DNA from: Acutalibacteraceae bacterium
GTDB lineage: Bacteria; Bacillota; Clostridia; Oscillospirales; Acutalibacteraceae
DNA: 64,000 nt
Assembly: GCA_045597925.1 (NCBI GenBank)
Contig: JAZLLB010000200.1
Coordinates: 13,574 to 77,573 of the forward strand
Reading direction: 5' to 3'
Of this stretch, positions 1 to 9,020 are shown in pieces. Made by a program: the position numbers and the translations under genes. Every line of letters starts with the position of its first letter. Within the stretch, counting starts at the first letter, position 1. The notes beneath the pieces are model-generated. The model ran no database searches. It saw only the letters and a list, made by a program, of their open reading frames with translations, and was not told where the DNA came from.

Positions 1-510
1 CTTGAGGTAACGTATCTTTACGGTGAAAAAGTAAGCATAGAGAATATGTTCATTCTCGGCTCGTTTGGGGTAAGGCTCAGCGGAAATGAAGCGACAATTA
101 CTGAAATTCCTTCAAAAATCGGCTTCGGCAACCTTGTTGAGCAGGGATTCCCGTTTTTCAGCGGAAACATTACTTATAAATTCAAAGCGGAAGCCAAAGA
201 CGGCAGATTGACGCTTCGTGCCACATGGTACAGAGGCGCGGTGATTGAAGTTAAGGTTGACGGTGAGGAAAAAGGCAATATCATTTATCCGCCTTATATG
301 CTGACGGTTGACGGACTTTCCGACGGCGAGCATGAAATTGAAATGACACTCTGTATTCACCGCTACAATTCATTCGGTCCTGTTCACCTTGTCAACGAAA
401 AAGAAAGCTGGCACGGTCCCGGAGCGTGGCGCAGCACAGGAAACTGCTGGACATACGAATATGTTTTAAGGCGCACGGGTATTCTGGGCGCACCGGCAAT
501 CACATATTAA
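1..510 (+). CDS. 3' end of a gene entering from upstream of the window; uncharacterised C-terminus (carbohydrate-active only by neighbourhood)
   Basis: Frame 1 is open from base 1 (LEVTYLYGEKVSIEN precedes the Met at 46) to TAA at 508-510. Hairpin 522-548 follows. Confidence 0.6.
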   Translation, partial: LEVTYLYGEKVSIENMFILGSFGVRLSGNEATITEIPSKIGFGNLVEQGFPFFSGNITYKFKAEAKDGRLTLRATWYRGAVIEVKVDGEEKGNIIYPPYMLTVDGLSDGEHEIEMTLCIHRYNSFGPVHLVNEKESWHGPGAWRSTGNCWTYEYVLRRTGILGAPAITY

Positions 511-521
511 AATATAGCGCG

Positions 522-557
522 ATACCGCACAGTCAGCTTGTGCGGTATTGTATTAAG
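522..557 (+). repeat. intergenic hairpin-plus-tail element, copy 1
   Basis: ATACCGCACA at 522-531, 7-nt loop, TGTGCGGTAT at 539-548, then tail TGTATTAAG. The ATG follows 11 nt later. Confidence 0.6.
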
Positions 558-567
558 AGATGATTTT

Positions 568-2589
568 ATGAACTTATGCAAATATGTTAACGTATTTCAG
601 GGCTGCGGCGAATATAATCTGCCGAAGCCCGAGGGCATTGCAGCGAAATGGTTTTTCATAAAGGCGGGCTGCGGCAACACAAGCCCTGCGGCGATGGTTC
701 CGTACGGAGCTGTGTCTGCCGCGCCGTTTTCGGGAGGATACCCGACGGGATACGGCAATCACGTTATAAATACACATTCCAAGCCCGAAAAATTCAAAGA
801 CGGAGAGAAGCTCCGCGGATTTGCCCACATTCAGCAAAGCGGAACGGGAACTATGGGGTATTATTATAATTACGCTGTTGTCACTCCGATTTATGATAAT
901 TCGGAATCTTTGAGACTTCCGCAGAATGAATTTGCCGAACCGGGATATTATACCTGCGTACTCGATGATATCAAATGTGAGCTTACGGCTTCTGACAGAG
1001 CCGCTCTTCACCGCTATACATTCGTGAAAGAGGGCGGAAAGGTTAAAATAGATTTCACCAACAACGGAATAGTAATACCGGATTACAAGCCCGCTTCTGT
1101 CGACAACTTTATATCGAAAAAATTCGATGAATATACAGTGCTGGCAAGCGCGAAAATTGAGGGAGTTGATATTTTCTTCGCCGTAAGAGGAAGCTGTGAA
1201 GTCTGTATTGACGGCGGCTGTGCCGTATATGAGCTGAAGAACAGCAGAACAGCTGAACTCACGGTAGCAATTTCTTTGAAAAGTTTCGAAAACGCATTGA
1301 AATTTATTGATTCATCTGAAACTTTCGATGAAGTAAAAGCAGATGCTTCATCAAAATGGAATGATCTGCTTTCAAAAATAGAAATTGACGCTGATGATGA
1401 AATAAAAGAAATTTTCTATTCAAATTTTTATCATTCTTTTGTTAAACCAGCGGATTGGTCAGGCGAAAGCTTTATTTATGACGGCAGCGGTCCGTTTGTC
1501 CTTGATTTCAGCACGCTGTGGGATATGTATAAAACACAGCTGCCGTTAATTTTCATGATTGACAGGGAAATGAGTGAAAAAATCGTTGAAACTCTTCTCA
1601 GAGTCGGTGAAGAGCTGGGGCAGATTCCTAATTCACTGGGAATTACCGACAAATATCTGCTTCACAGCACGCAGGCGAGAACACTCGGGATTTACGCTCT
1701 GCTGACCGCTTACCGATACGGCATTGACATTGACCCCGACAGAGTGTTAAAGGTAATTGAGGCTGATATTTTCGCCGATAACAAAACTGACTTCACTGTT
1801 GACGGTAAGTGCAAATCAAACACATGGATGCTTGATATGGCGGATTGCTGCGCTCTTTCGGCTCAGCTTGCGAAGGAAAGGGGCAACAGCGCACTTTACG
1901 AAAAGCTCGTTCCTCTTGCAGGTCAGTGGAAAAAAGTTTATGACCCCGAAACGGGACTTCTTAACGCGGATTCCTCATATTATGAGGGTACATTATATAA
2001 CTACTCTTTCCGTCAGATGGTAAATATGGAGGAAAGAATTGAGCTTGCCGGCGGCAAAGAAAATTTTGTGAAGCTGCTCGACAAATTTTTCGGATACGGT
2101 CAGCCGGATACTGTGCTTCCCACAGACCCGAATAATTATGAGCCTGTGGCTGAGGGCATGAAGCTCGGCAGATTTGAGGGCTTCAACAATGAGTCTGATA
2201 CGGAGGCTCCGTTTTCATATATTTACGCCGACCGTCATGATCGTGTGTGCGAGATTATACGCGGCGGCATGAGATATATGTTCACCACAGGCCGGGGCGG
2301 TCTGCCGGGCAATAACGATTCCGGCGCGCTTTCATCCTATTACGTGATGAACGCAATAGGACTTTTCCCTGTCGCAGGGCAGGATTTATTCCTGATTGGT
2401 TCCCCCGTTGTTGACGGGGCGGAGCTTACGCTTTCCTCAGGCAAAGCACTTTCAGTTAAGGTCAGAGGCAACTCAGATAAAAATATTTATGTTGAATCGG
2501 TAAAATTCAACGGCATGGAGCTTTCAGATTGGAAAATCAAAGCATCAGAGCTTCTTTGCGGCGGTACGCTGGAATTTAAAATGTGCTGA
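568..2589 (+). CDS. glycoside hydrolase family 92 (alpha-mannosidase-like), apparently cytoplasmic
   Basis: GH92-type motifs: VNVFQG..GNTSPAAMVPYG, GFAHIQQSGTG, AALHRYTF, FYSNFYHS, GNNDSGALSSYYVMNAIGLFPVAGQDLFLIGSP. ATG 568 is preferred over TTG 538, which lies inside the upstream hairpin. No signal peptide. Confidence 0.85.
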   Translation: MNLCKYVNVFQGCGEYNLPKPEGIAAKWFFIKAGCGNTSPAAMVPYGAVSAAPFSGGYPTGYGNHVINTHSKPEKFKDGEKLRGFAHIQQSGTGTMGYYYNYAVVTPIYDNSESLRLPQNEFAEPGYYTCVLDDIKCELTASDRAALHRYTFVKEGGKVKIDFTNNGIVIPDYKPASVDNFISKKFDEYTVLASAKIEGVDIFFAVRGSCEVCIDGGCAVYELKNSRTAELTVAISLKSFENALKFIDSSETFDEVKADASSKWNDLLSKIEIDADDEIKEIFYSNFYHSFVKPADWSGESFIYDGSGPFVLDFSTLWDMYKTQLPLIFMIDREMSEKIVETLLRVGEELGQIPNSLGITDKYLLHSTQARTLGIYALLTAYRYGIDIDPDRVLKVIEADIFADNKTDFTVDGKCKSNTWMLDMADCCALSAQLAKERGNSALYEKLVPLAGQWKKVYDPETGLLNADSSYYEGTLYNYSFRQMVNMEERIELAGGKENFVKLLDKFFGYGQPDTVLPTDPNNYEPVAEGMKLGRFEGFNNESDTEAPFSYIYADRHDRVCEIIRGGMRYMFTTGRGGLPGNNDSGALSSYYVMNAIGLFPVAGQDLFLIGSPVVDGAELTLSSGKALSVKVRGNSDKNIYVESVKFNGMELSDWKIKASELLCGGTLEFKMC

Positions 2590-2602
2590 AAAAATAAAAA
2601 TA

Positions 2603-2643
2603 AAGCGGAGCATTTGATTAAGCATCAGATGTTCCGCTTTTTA
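2603..2643. terminator. bidirectional rho-independent terminator between GH92 and the convergent secreted-protein gene
   Basis: AAGCGGAGCAT / ATGTTCCGCTT stem with one mismatch. A-run upstream and T-run downstream. Confidence 0.7.
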
Positions 2644-2657
2644 TAAGCTGTTATTAA

Positions 2658-3446
2658 TTAGCCCGGAGGAGTATCAACACTGCCGGGTTTAACGTTTTTA
2701 AGGCGCGCGCCGCTGCCGGTGCCTTTTTGTTTAAGAACCCGTTCAAGCTCCGGGAAATACATTTTCAGATCTTTTTTATACGGTCTGAATCTGATTTGAA
2801 GTCTTGCAAAAATGGGAAAAACAACAAACGGAATCATGAAACTGCCTCCGCCGATATCCCATGTGGATATGGCAAAAAAAGCGCAGTTAAAAAATATCGG
2901 GTCCCAGAAATTGCTTCTGCCGATTTTGCTGCTGACTCTGTTAAATTCTTTCTGATTCAGCTCGGTCATGAGGCACATGGATTTTTCCATTCCGAAAGCA
3001 TTGCCTGTATAACTTTCAATATTGTAATATATTCCGAATCCGTCACTTCTTGTAAGACCGAATGTTCCTATTGAAACGCCCTCATAAGCATTTAAATCAT
3101 ACGCTCCCACCTTGAGAGTATTTTCCGTAATGTTTTCAATGTAAATCCATATGTGACCGAGTGACGGAAGTCCCGAGCTGTTGCTGCACAGAAACAAAAG
3201 GGCGACTGTATCCTCCGCGATTACGCAGCTTTCGTCAGATGCCATAGGCGGCAGTCCGGGAACAGTCGGTTCCTCAGCGGGAGGTTCTTCCGCGGGCTGT
3301 TCCTCAGTGAGCGGCTCCTCAGAAGACAGTGCGCCGATAAGCAATTCACTGGTATCCGGTTCCTCAGCTGACGAGCTGAACGGAACAGAACATAATATCA
3401 ATGTAACCGCCAGAGCGACTGCGATAAATCTGATAATTTTCTTCAT
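2658..3446 (-). CDS. secreted protein with E/P-rich linker; His(98)...Cys(188) 'GHIW ... FFNCAFF' pattern reminiscent of permuted papain-fold (LRAT/NlpC-P60-like) enzymes
   Basis: Signal peptide MKKIIRFIAVALAVTLILCSVPFSSSA, and SD GGAAGTG upstream. The function call rests only on the GH-x89-NC spacing. Confidence 0.35.
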   Translation of the reverse strand: MKKIIRFIAVALAVTLILCSVPFSSSAEEPDTSELLIGALSSEEPLTEEQPAEEPPAEEPTVPGLPPMASDESCVIAEDTVALLFLCSNSSGLPSLGHIWIYIENITENTLKVGAYDLNAYEGVSIGTFGLTRSDGFGIYYNIESYTGNAFGMEKSMCLMTELNQKEFNRVSSKIGRSNFWDPIFFNCAFFAISTWDIGGGSFMIPFVVFPIFARLQIRFRPYKKDLKMYFPELERVLKQKGTGSGARLKNVKPGSVDTPPG

Positions 3447-3589
3447 TCATTCACTTCCGTATGCAATATTTTTATTATGTTAAATATATCACATGCTGAA
3501 TATTTTTGCAATATCCCATGTGCTTTTTATCTTTGCTCTTGATATAGTGACTGTGAAGTGTTATAATGCAGAAAAGAGGAGGTATTTAT

Positions 3590-3994
3590 ATGTTTTCAAA
3601 AATTTTCAGCTTTGTAATGAGCGTTTTTATGCTTTTATGTTCTCTTTTCGGAATTAAGTTTCCTGCAAAAGAAAGCAAAGATATGATTGAAATGAGTGAG
3701 CAGTCTTTCGTTGTTTCACTTGAAGAAAACGGAACAACCGGATACCTGTGGAATTATAAAATTGCCGACGAGAATATTGTTAAGTTCGAGAATGATGATT
3801 TCATTGTGCCCGCTCAGACGGGTATGACCGGCGCGCCCGGCACAAGAGTGTTTACATTCAAAGCGGCGGCACCGGGCAAAACGACGATAGAATTAAGTTA
3901 CGCGAGAAGCTGGGAAGCCTCGGCGATAAAAACAGTCACCGTTGCAGTTGAGGTCACCGGGGATATGACGGTTACGGCACAAATCGTTCAGTGA
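3590..3994 (+). CDS. chagasin-family (MEROPS I42) cysteine-protease inhibitor, signal-anchored
   Basis: The three I42 loop motifs are recognisable: NGTTGYLW, GAPGTRVFTF, YARSWE. AGGAGG lies 7 nt before ATG 3590, and an extended -10 TGTTATAAT sits at 3559-3567. Confidence 0.7.
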   Translation: MFSKIFSFVMSVFMLLCSLFGIKFPAKESKDMIEMSEQSFVVSLEENGTTGYLWNYKIADENIVKFENDDFIVPAQTGMTGAPGTRVFTFKAAAPGKTTIELSYARSWEASAIKTVTVAVEVTGDMTVTAQIVQ

Positions 3995-4025
3995 GAGCAT
4001 AAGATAAATTGACGCAGCGGAAATA

Positions 4026-4064
4026 ATACGGATTGAGGCATTGCGCTCTCAACCCGTATTTTTA
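4026..4064. terminator. terminator after the chagasin-like gene
   Basis: ATACGGATTGAG / CTCAACCCGTAT (11 of 12 bp paired), followed by TTTTT. Confidence 0.7.
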
Positions 4065-4070
4065 ATACCA

Positions 4071-4355
4071 CTAATTTCGGCTGTCAAGTTTTTTGTTTCT
4101 GTAATAAATAATTATACCCGCAAAGACCATGCAGAAATTGAGTATGTAGAAAAACCAAACATACCACGGTGTCGATATGCCTTCGCTGAGTTTAACGAAT
4201 TTCGCGGCGATTCCCACCACATAGCCTATATCTATAAGATAATAAAAAAGTATGCTAGTACCTTTCGCCGTGCGTGATTTAAGCAGTTTCGCGATGTTTA
4301 TCGGCCATGATATTCCGAAGCTGACTATCATCAGCGCTTCAAGTATGTTTGCCAT
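4071..4355 (-). CDS. small 3-TM membrane protein, SemiSWEET/PQ-loop-like (WP in place of PQ)
   Basis: 94 aa. 'ISWPINIAKLLKSRTAKGTSILFY' parallels the PQ-loop 'APQ..K..KT+SA..IS' segment. GGAGG SD; the gene sits 14 nt downstream of the methyltransferase stop. Confidence 0.5.
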   Translation of the reverse strand: MANILEALMIVSFGISWPINIAKLLKSRTAKGTSILFYYLIDIGYVVGIAAKFVKLSEGISTPWYVWFFYILNFCMVFAGIIIYYRNKKLDSRN

Positions 4356-4369
4356 TATTATTCCTCCGT

Positions 4370-5158
4370 TTATTTTAACGCAAGCTCGGCAATCGCGGCA
4401 TAATGAAGAACCGTGAATTTGTCGGGCGCGATTTTTTCGAGCAGCTTTTTATGCTCCTTGTCCCACTGAATGAGCTTTTCTTTTTCAAGTGACGCGCCGA
4501 TACCCCTGCACGCGCGCATTCTGCCGTGCCAGCTCTCTTTAGTGAACGGAACGTTTATATCATATTCCTCGTGATATGTCAATCTGAAATATTTCTTCAC
4601 CTCGTCGGGAATTTCAATCGGCTTTTTCGTTTCGCCTTTTCCTGACCATGAGGGATTGTATTTCAGCACGAGATTTTCGCTTTCTCCCGCGATTTTATCC
4701 TCAAACGGGAGCCATGCCATATACAGAATCAGAAGTCTGCCGTCTTTTTTGAGCATTTCAGCGAGCTTGGGAGCGAGCTTTTCATGGTCAAAATACCAGA
4801 AGCACTGGCAGGCGGTAATCACATCGAATGTCCTGTCGGGAAAGTCTGTTTCTTCTGCCGATGATGTAATGAAATTTATATTCATGTGCGATTCATCAGC
4901 CAGTTTTTTTGCCTGCGATATCTGATTTTCGGAAATATCCGTACCTGTCCACTCAGCGCCGTACTTATACATATTCCTCGGCAGAACGCCCGTACCTGTT
5001 CCGATATCAAGCATTTTTTGCCCTTTTACACACAAATTTCTGCTGATTATTTTATTGTAAAATTCATCGGGATAGATATCCCTGTAAGCGGCGTAATCTT
5101 CCGAGGCAAGTCCCCAGTCGAATGGTCTGCCGCCGTCAATTCTGCTGTCTGTAATCAT
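4370..5158 (-). CDS. class I SAM-dependent methyltransferase
   Basis: Motif I is LDIGTGTGVLPR, with the acidic motif II 'GTDISE'. AAGGAG SD. Confidence 0.85.
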   Translation of the reverse strand: MITDSRIDGGRPFDWGLASEDYAAYRDIYPDEFYNKIISRNLCVKGQKMLDIGTGTGVLPRNMYKYGAEWTGTDISENQISQAKKLADESHMNINFITSSAEETDFPDRTFDVITACQCFWYFDHEKLAPKLAEMLKKDGRLLILYMAWLPFEDKIAGESENLVLKYNPSWSGKGETKKPIEIPDEVKKYFRLTYHEEYDINVPFTKESWHGRMRACRGIGASLEKEKLIQWDKEHKKLLEKIAPDKFTVLHYAAIAELALK

Positions 5159-5206
5159 ATTTCTCCTTTAAATTTACGGAGCTGCCGAAAAGGCAGCCCC
5201 GTTTTT

Positions 5207-7741
5207 TCAGTTCTCAATTCTGAATGTGTATTCTGTGTCGGGATTTTCCGCTTTATAAACAAACGAAATCGAATACGTGCCGTCTTTTTTTGTGCTTATC
5301 ATATATCCGTCATATCCGCAGGAAGATGAAATATCATAATTCTGCCAGCCGCCTGCTGTCTTGATTTCAACTGTCGGCTTTTTTATTGAAGTAAAACCGT
5401 CAGCTCTTATGACGTTATTTCCTCTGCCGCCCTTAACGGTGATAACCGCCTGATTATTCTGCGCTTTCACGGTGGGAACGTATCCGTCATTTTCGCCGTC
5501 TGTTGCGATAAGGGGTTTCAGACAGCTGTCCTCACGAACCTTGAGAACATGTGAATCGTCTGACTCCGCACCGCTGCCCCACGGCAGAAGAATCATATCC
5601 AGCTTAATGCTGTCGCCTTTTTTGAATGTAATATTTTCAGTGTCAAGAGTGAGACAGCCCTCTGTTATTTTGCTGTCTCCGTGTTCTCTGAACGCGAACG
5701 GAATATTCCGCTCTTTGCCGCCGACGGTGATTTTGCTGTTTTTAATAAGCAGGGCGAAATTACAGCCGAAGTGGTCGACGGTTTTATCGTCCGTGATACC
5801 GCAGAATCCCATATATGGAGCTTCACTGCCGAGAGTATGATATGTCACGTCAGACGAAACATCTGCGGTAACAGCTTCGTTGCTTTCATTGAGGTAGTTT
5901 GCTTTGCTGAATGTTACATATCTGCCGTCAAAATAGAAAAGGTCGAAATCCTTTTTGAAATTTTCAAACGTAATATCGTTTGTGAAATTGATATCAACCG
6001 TGTAGTACGTTCTGTTTTCGTCATTCTGAGGAAATTCCGTATGAGTTACGTCATAGGTGAACGCGCCGCCGTCTGAAACGTATCTGTCTGTAACGCTTGC
6101 GTATGTCGGACCGTAGCTGTGAATTTCACTTCCAGCGAATTCCGCGACAACAGGCTGTTTCGCACCCTTGTCACGGTATGTTACGAATTTCAGTATTCCG
6201 ACTGAATTCTGCTGAGGCTGTGTTTCCCACAGAACTCCGCTGCCTGTTCTGAAATCGGGCAGTGTCCAGCCATCTCTGTCATATACAAAATAAGGAGCGA
6301 TGCAGTTGCTTTCGGTTGTTCCCGTTGAGAGATGATAATAAGAAACATGGAACTCAATTGAGGAAAGCTGCTTGAGCGGATAATTTCCCCAGTTCTGATA
6401 AAGATTCACAACGGTGAATTCTTTCCTGCTTTCGCCTTCGACCGCTATCGGGGTAAATGTGTCGCCGTAGCAGTAATCCTTATAGGAATATTTATTGTCT
6501 CCGCCGTCACCCATAAAGTTTTTGCAGACCTCTACATCAATCGGCATGAGCAGGTTGTTTTTATCAAGTATTACTGCGTTTTCAAGACAGCCCGAGTTGG
6601 GGGTTGTTGTGCGTACAATTATATTTCTGTCTTTTGAATCGCCTTCAACGGAGAGCTTTGCGTAATATCTGAAATCGGGGTGCTCGTAAGGATAATTGAA
6701 GCCGATACCGAGCATTTCAACAGTGTACGCTCCCCTGAGTGCCTCATAGCCGAGAACCTTTGCCTCGGCATTGTCGTCGGTTACCGTAACTTTAAGCGGA
6801 TTTCTTTCAATATACGCTTCATTTGCGATGCCGTCAAAGCTGTGTGCGCCGTCGGTATAAATCCGGCAGCCGAACGGGATTCTGTAATTATCATACCCGC
6901 CTGTTTCATCGTATTTGTTTATGCCGTTGTATTTACTTAAATCGGCGAAAAGAGTAACCTTGTAATTCTTTGCGCCCTTTTTAACCTCAAGTCCCGCCGC
7001 GCTTGTGTCAGAGGGAACAATAAATCCGACAATGCCTGCGCCGTCAATATCAAAAGCGGCATACTCAACGGAAGCGGTGTCGATATTTTTAACGTCATTA
7101 TGAACACCGTTCTTATCTCTGATTTCAAGAGCCTTGACTTTGTCGGCGGAAACGGAAATTTCACTGCCTAATTTTGAGGGAAGCTTCTGTGCTCTGTCGG
7201 CAAGCAGAGCGTATTCCATATAAAGCTTATCACTGTAAACATGGTATTCCTTGTCGATTTTCAATGTGCCGCGCTTCATATCTCTGACATGAACATCGTA
7301 ATAATATTCGCCGAGTCTTACGGTGTTCACTCTCGCGTTTTTATACGAGCTTTCAAAATAGTGACGTACCCCCAGCTTATCCGCGTAGAAAGATTTGAAC
7401 GTATCCTTAAGATATACATTCCCTTTCCTGTCTTTAAGTGTGGCGTTTTTTTCAACGGCGGTCAGCTTATGTGTTAACACCGTCTGCGAATTAGTCATTA
7501 TGTAGTCGTCACGTTTACTGTCTGAATACGTACACTGAACCTGATTTTTAAGCGAAGAAGCGTATTCAATGCTTTTATAAAGGTCGGTTTGCGAAGAGTC
7601 CGGAACCGTAAAATTACAGGTTTCATTTGATACGGGAAACACCTCGGCGTTTCTCATATCGGGCTTTTTTATTCCTGTGTTGATAAGAAAAGTCTGAATA
7701 ACAGCCATAAGCATTGCGAAAAATTTTCTTATAATCAGCAT
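5207..7741 (-). CDS. large signal-anchored/secreted protein, function unknown
   Basis: 844-aa intact ORF. GGAGGA SD precedes ATG 7741 (the TTG at 7759 overlaps the SD). Hydrophobic N-terminus MLIIRKFFAMLMAVIQTFLI. Confidence 0.75.
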   Translation of the reverse strand: MLIIRKFFAMLMAVIQTFLINTGIKKPDMRNAEVFPVSNETCNFTVPDSSQTDLYKSIEYASSLKNQVQCTYSDSKRDDYIMTNSQTVLTHKLTAVEKNATLKDRKGNVYLKDTFKSFYADKLGVRHYFESSYKNARVNTVRLGEYYYDVHVRDMKRGTLKIDKEYHVYSDKLYMEYALLADRAQKLPSKLGSEISVSADKVKALEIRDKNGVHNDVKNIDTASVEYAAFDIDGAGIVGFIVPSDTSAAGLEVKKGAKNYKVTLFADLSKYNGINKYDETGGYDNYRIPFGCRIYTDGAHSFDGIANEAYIERNPLKVTVTDDNAEAKVLGYEALRGAYTVEMLGIGFNYPYEHPDFRYYAKLSVEGDSKDRNIIVRTTTPNSGCLENAVILDKNNLLMPIDVEVCKNFMGDGGDNKYSYKDYCYGDTFTPIAVEGESRKEFTVVNLYQNWGNYPLKQLSSIEFHVSYYHLSTGTTESNCIAPYFVYDRDGWTLPDFRTGSGVLWETQPQQNSVGILKFVTYRDKGAKQPVVAEFAGSEIHSYGPTYASVTDRYVSDGGAFTYDVTHTEFPQNDENRTYYTVDINFTNDITFENFKKDFDLFYFDGRYVTFSKANYLNESNEAVTADVSSDVTYHTLGSEAPYMGFCGITDDKTVDHFGCNFALLIKNSKITVGGKERNIPFAFREHGDSKITEGCLTLDTENITFKKGDSIKLDMILLPWGSGAESDDSHVLKVREDSCLKPLIATDGENDGYVPTVKAQNNQAVITVKGGRGNNVIRADGFTSIKKPTVEIKTAGGWQNYDISSSCGYDGYMISTKKDGTYSISFVYKAENPDTEYTFRIEN

Positions 7742-7874
7742 AATGTTTCCTCCGTGCAAATATTATTTGTTTCACTATATCATATAATCATCAATAAATC
7801 AATTTATTTTGCTTGAAATGCAGTGTTTTTTATGGTAATATAATGTGTATTTTAAAAACATCAGGAGGAAGAAC

Positions 7875-8936
7875 ATGAAAACTTTAAAGATAGGAATTAT
7901 CGGAAACGGCGGAATATGTAAAGGCGCGCATATCCCCGCATATCTTGAAGACTCAAGAGCGGAAATTGTTGCTGTTTGCGATAAAGTTAAAGAAAAAGCG
8001 GAATTTATTAAAGAAAATTATTATCCAAACGCAAAGGTATATACGGATTATAAAGAACTTCTTAAAAATGAAGATGTTGAGTGTGTTGACATCTGCACAT
8101 CCAACTATATGCACTCAATCATAGCTGTTGACGCGTTCAGGGCGGGTAAGCATGTTTTCTGCGAAAAGCCCGACGCAATAGATGTAAGCGAAGCTCTCAA
8201 AATGAAAAAAGCCTCAGAGGAAGCCGGCAAGGTTCTTATGGTTATGAGAAACAACCGTTTTGTTGACGCTTCAAAATACGCGAAGAAATATATTGAAGAC
8301 GGCAAAATGGGCGCGATCTACGCAGGCCGCTGCGGCTGGCAGAGAAGACGCGGAATCCCCGGCAAAGGCGGCTGGTTCACAACAAAAGAAAAATCAGGCG
8401 GCGGTCCTCTTATAGACTTGGGAGTTCATATGATTGACCTTGCCATCTGGCTCATGGGCAATCCCACGCCTGTCGCCGTCAGCGGCAATACATACTGCAA
8501 ATTTGCCGACACAAACACAAGCGACTCTGTAAATTCAGATTTCGGCAGCAAGGTTGAAAACGGAACATTCGATGTTGAAGACCTCGCGATGGGACTTATC
8601 AGATTTGATAACGGCGCGGTTCTTCAGATAGAATTCAGCTGGGCTTCAAATATTAAAGAAGAAAAGCGTTTTGTTGAGCTCCGCGGTGAAAAATCAGGCC
8701 TTACATGGGAGGACAACAATGTTGAAATTTATACCGAGGTTGACGGTCAGCTTCTTGACATAAAACCCGCCGGTAAAAACGACCACAGAGGTCATAAAAA
8801 CAACTTGGTTCATTTTCTTGACGTTGTTCTTGACGGTGCGAAGCCCTGTTATGAGCCTCAGCAGGGCGTTGACATGATTAAAATTCTCTGCGCGATTTAT
8901 GAATCGGCAAAAACAGGCTTTGAGGTCAAACTTTAA
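7875..8936 (+). CDS. Gfo/Idh/MocA family NAD(P)-dependent oxidoreductase
   Basis: N-terminal Rossmann motif KIGIIGNGGICKGAHIPAY, plus EKP motif 'FCEKPDA'. AGGAGG SD before ATG 7875. Confidence 0.9.
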   Translation: MKTLKIGIIGNGGICKGAHIPAYLEDSRAEIVAVCDKVKEKAEFIKENYYPNAKVYTDYKELLKNEDVECVDICTSNYMHSIIAVDAFRAGKHVFCEKPDAIDVSEALKMKKASEEAGKVLMVMRNNRFVDASKYAKKYIEDGKMGAIYAGRCGWQRRRGIPGKGGWFTTKEKSGGGPLIDLGVHMIDLAIWLMGNPTPVAVSGNTYCKFADTNTSDSVNSDFGSKVENGTFDVEDLAMGLIRFDNGAVLQIEFSWASNIKEEKRFVELRGEKSGLTWEDNNVEIYTEVDGQLLDIKPAGKNDHRGHKNNLVHFLDVVLDGAKPCYEPQQGVDMIKILCAIYESAKTGFEVKL

Positions 8937-8947
8937 GTGATACCATT

Positions 8948-8988
8948 AATGTATGGATTTCGTGAACGGGATCCATACATTGATTTTT
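8948..8988 (+). terminator. terminator after the Gfo/Idh/MocA gene
   Basis: AATGTATGGAT / ATCCATACATT perfect 11-bp stem, then GATTTTT. Confidence 0.75.
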
Positions 8989-9020
8989 ATATTATTTGAT
9001 GTTATAATCAGCATGATAAA

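Noticed and set aside
538-567. Upstream-extended starts given by the ORF track (538, 3566, 7759, 7845, 10440, 13510, 13568, 43619, 47001, 49548, 59986)
   Set aside because: In each case a downstream ATG has a proper SD at 5-9 nt, and/or the extension overlaps a hairpin element, a -35 box or the preceding gene. The shorter starts were used in the feature table.
5178-5205. Hairpin GCTGCC/GGCAGC as a plus-strand terminator
   Set aside because: The T-run is on the plus strand, but both neighbouring genes are on the minus strand. It may still act weakly for the 844-aa gene, so it was left uncalled.
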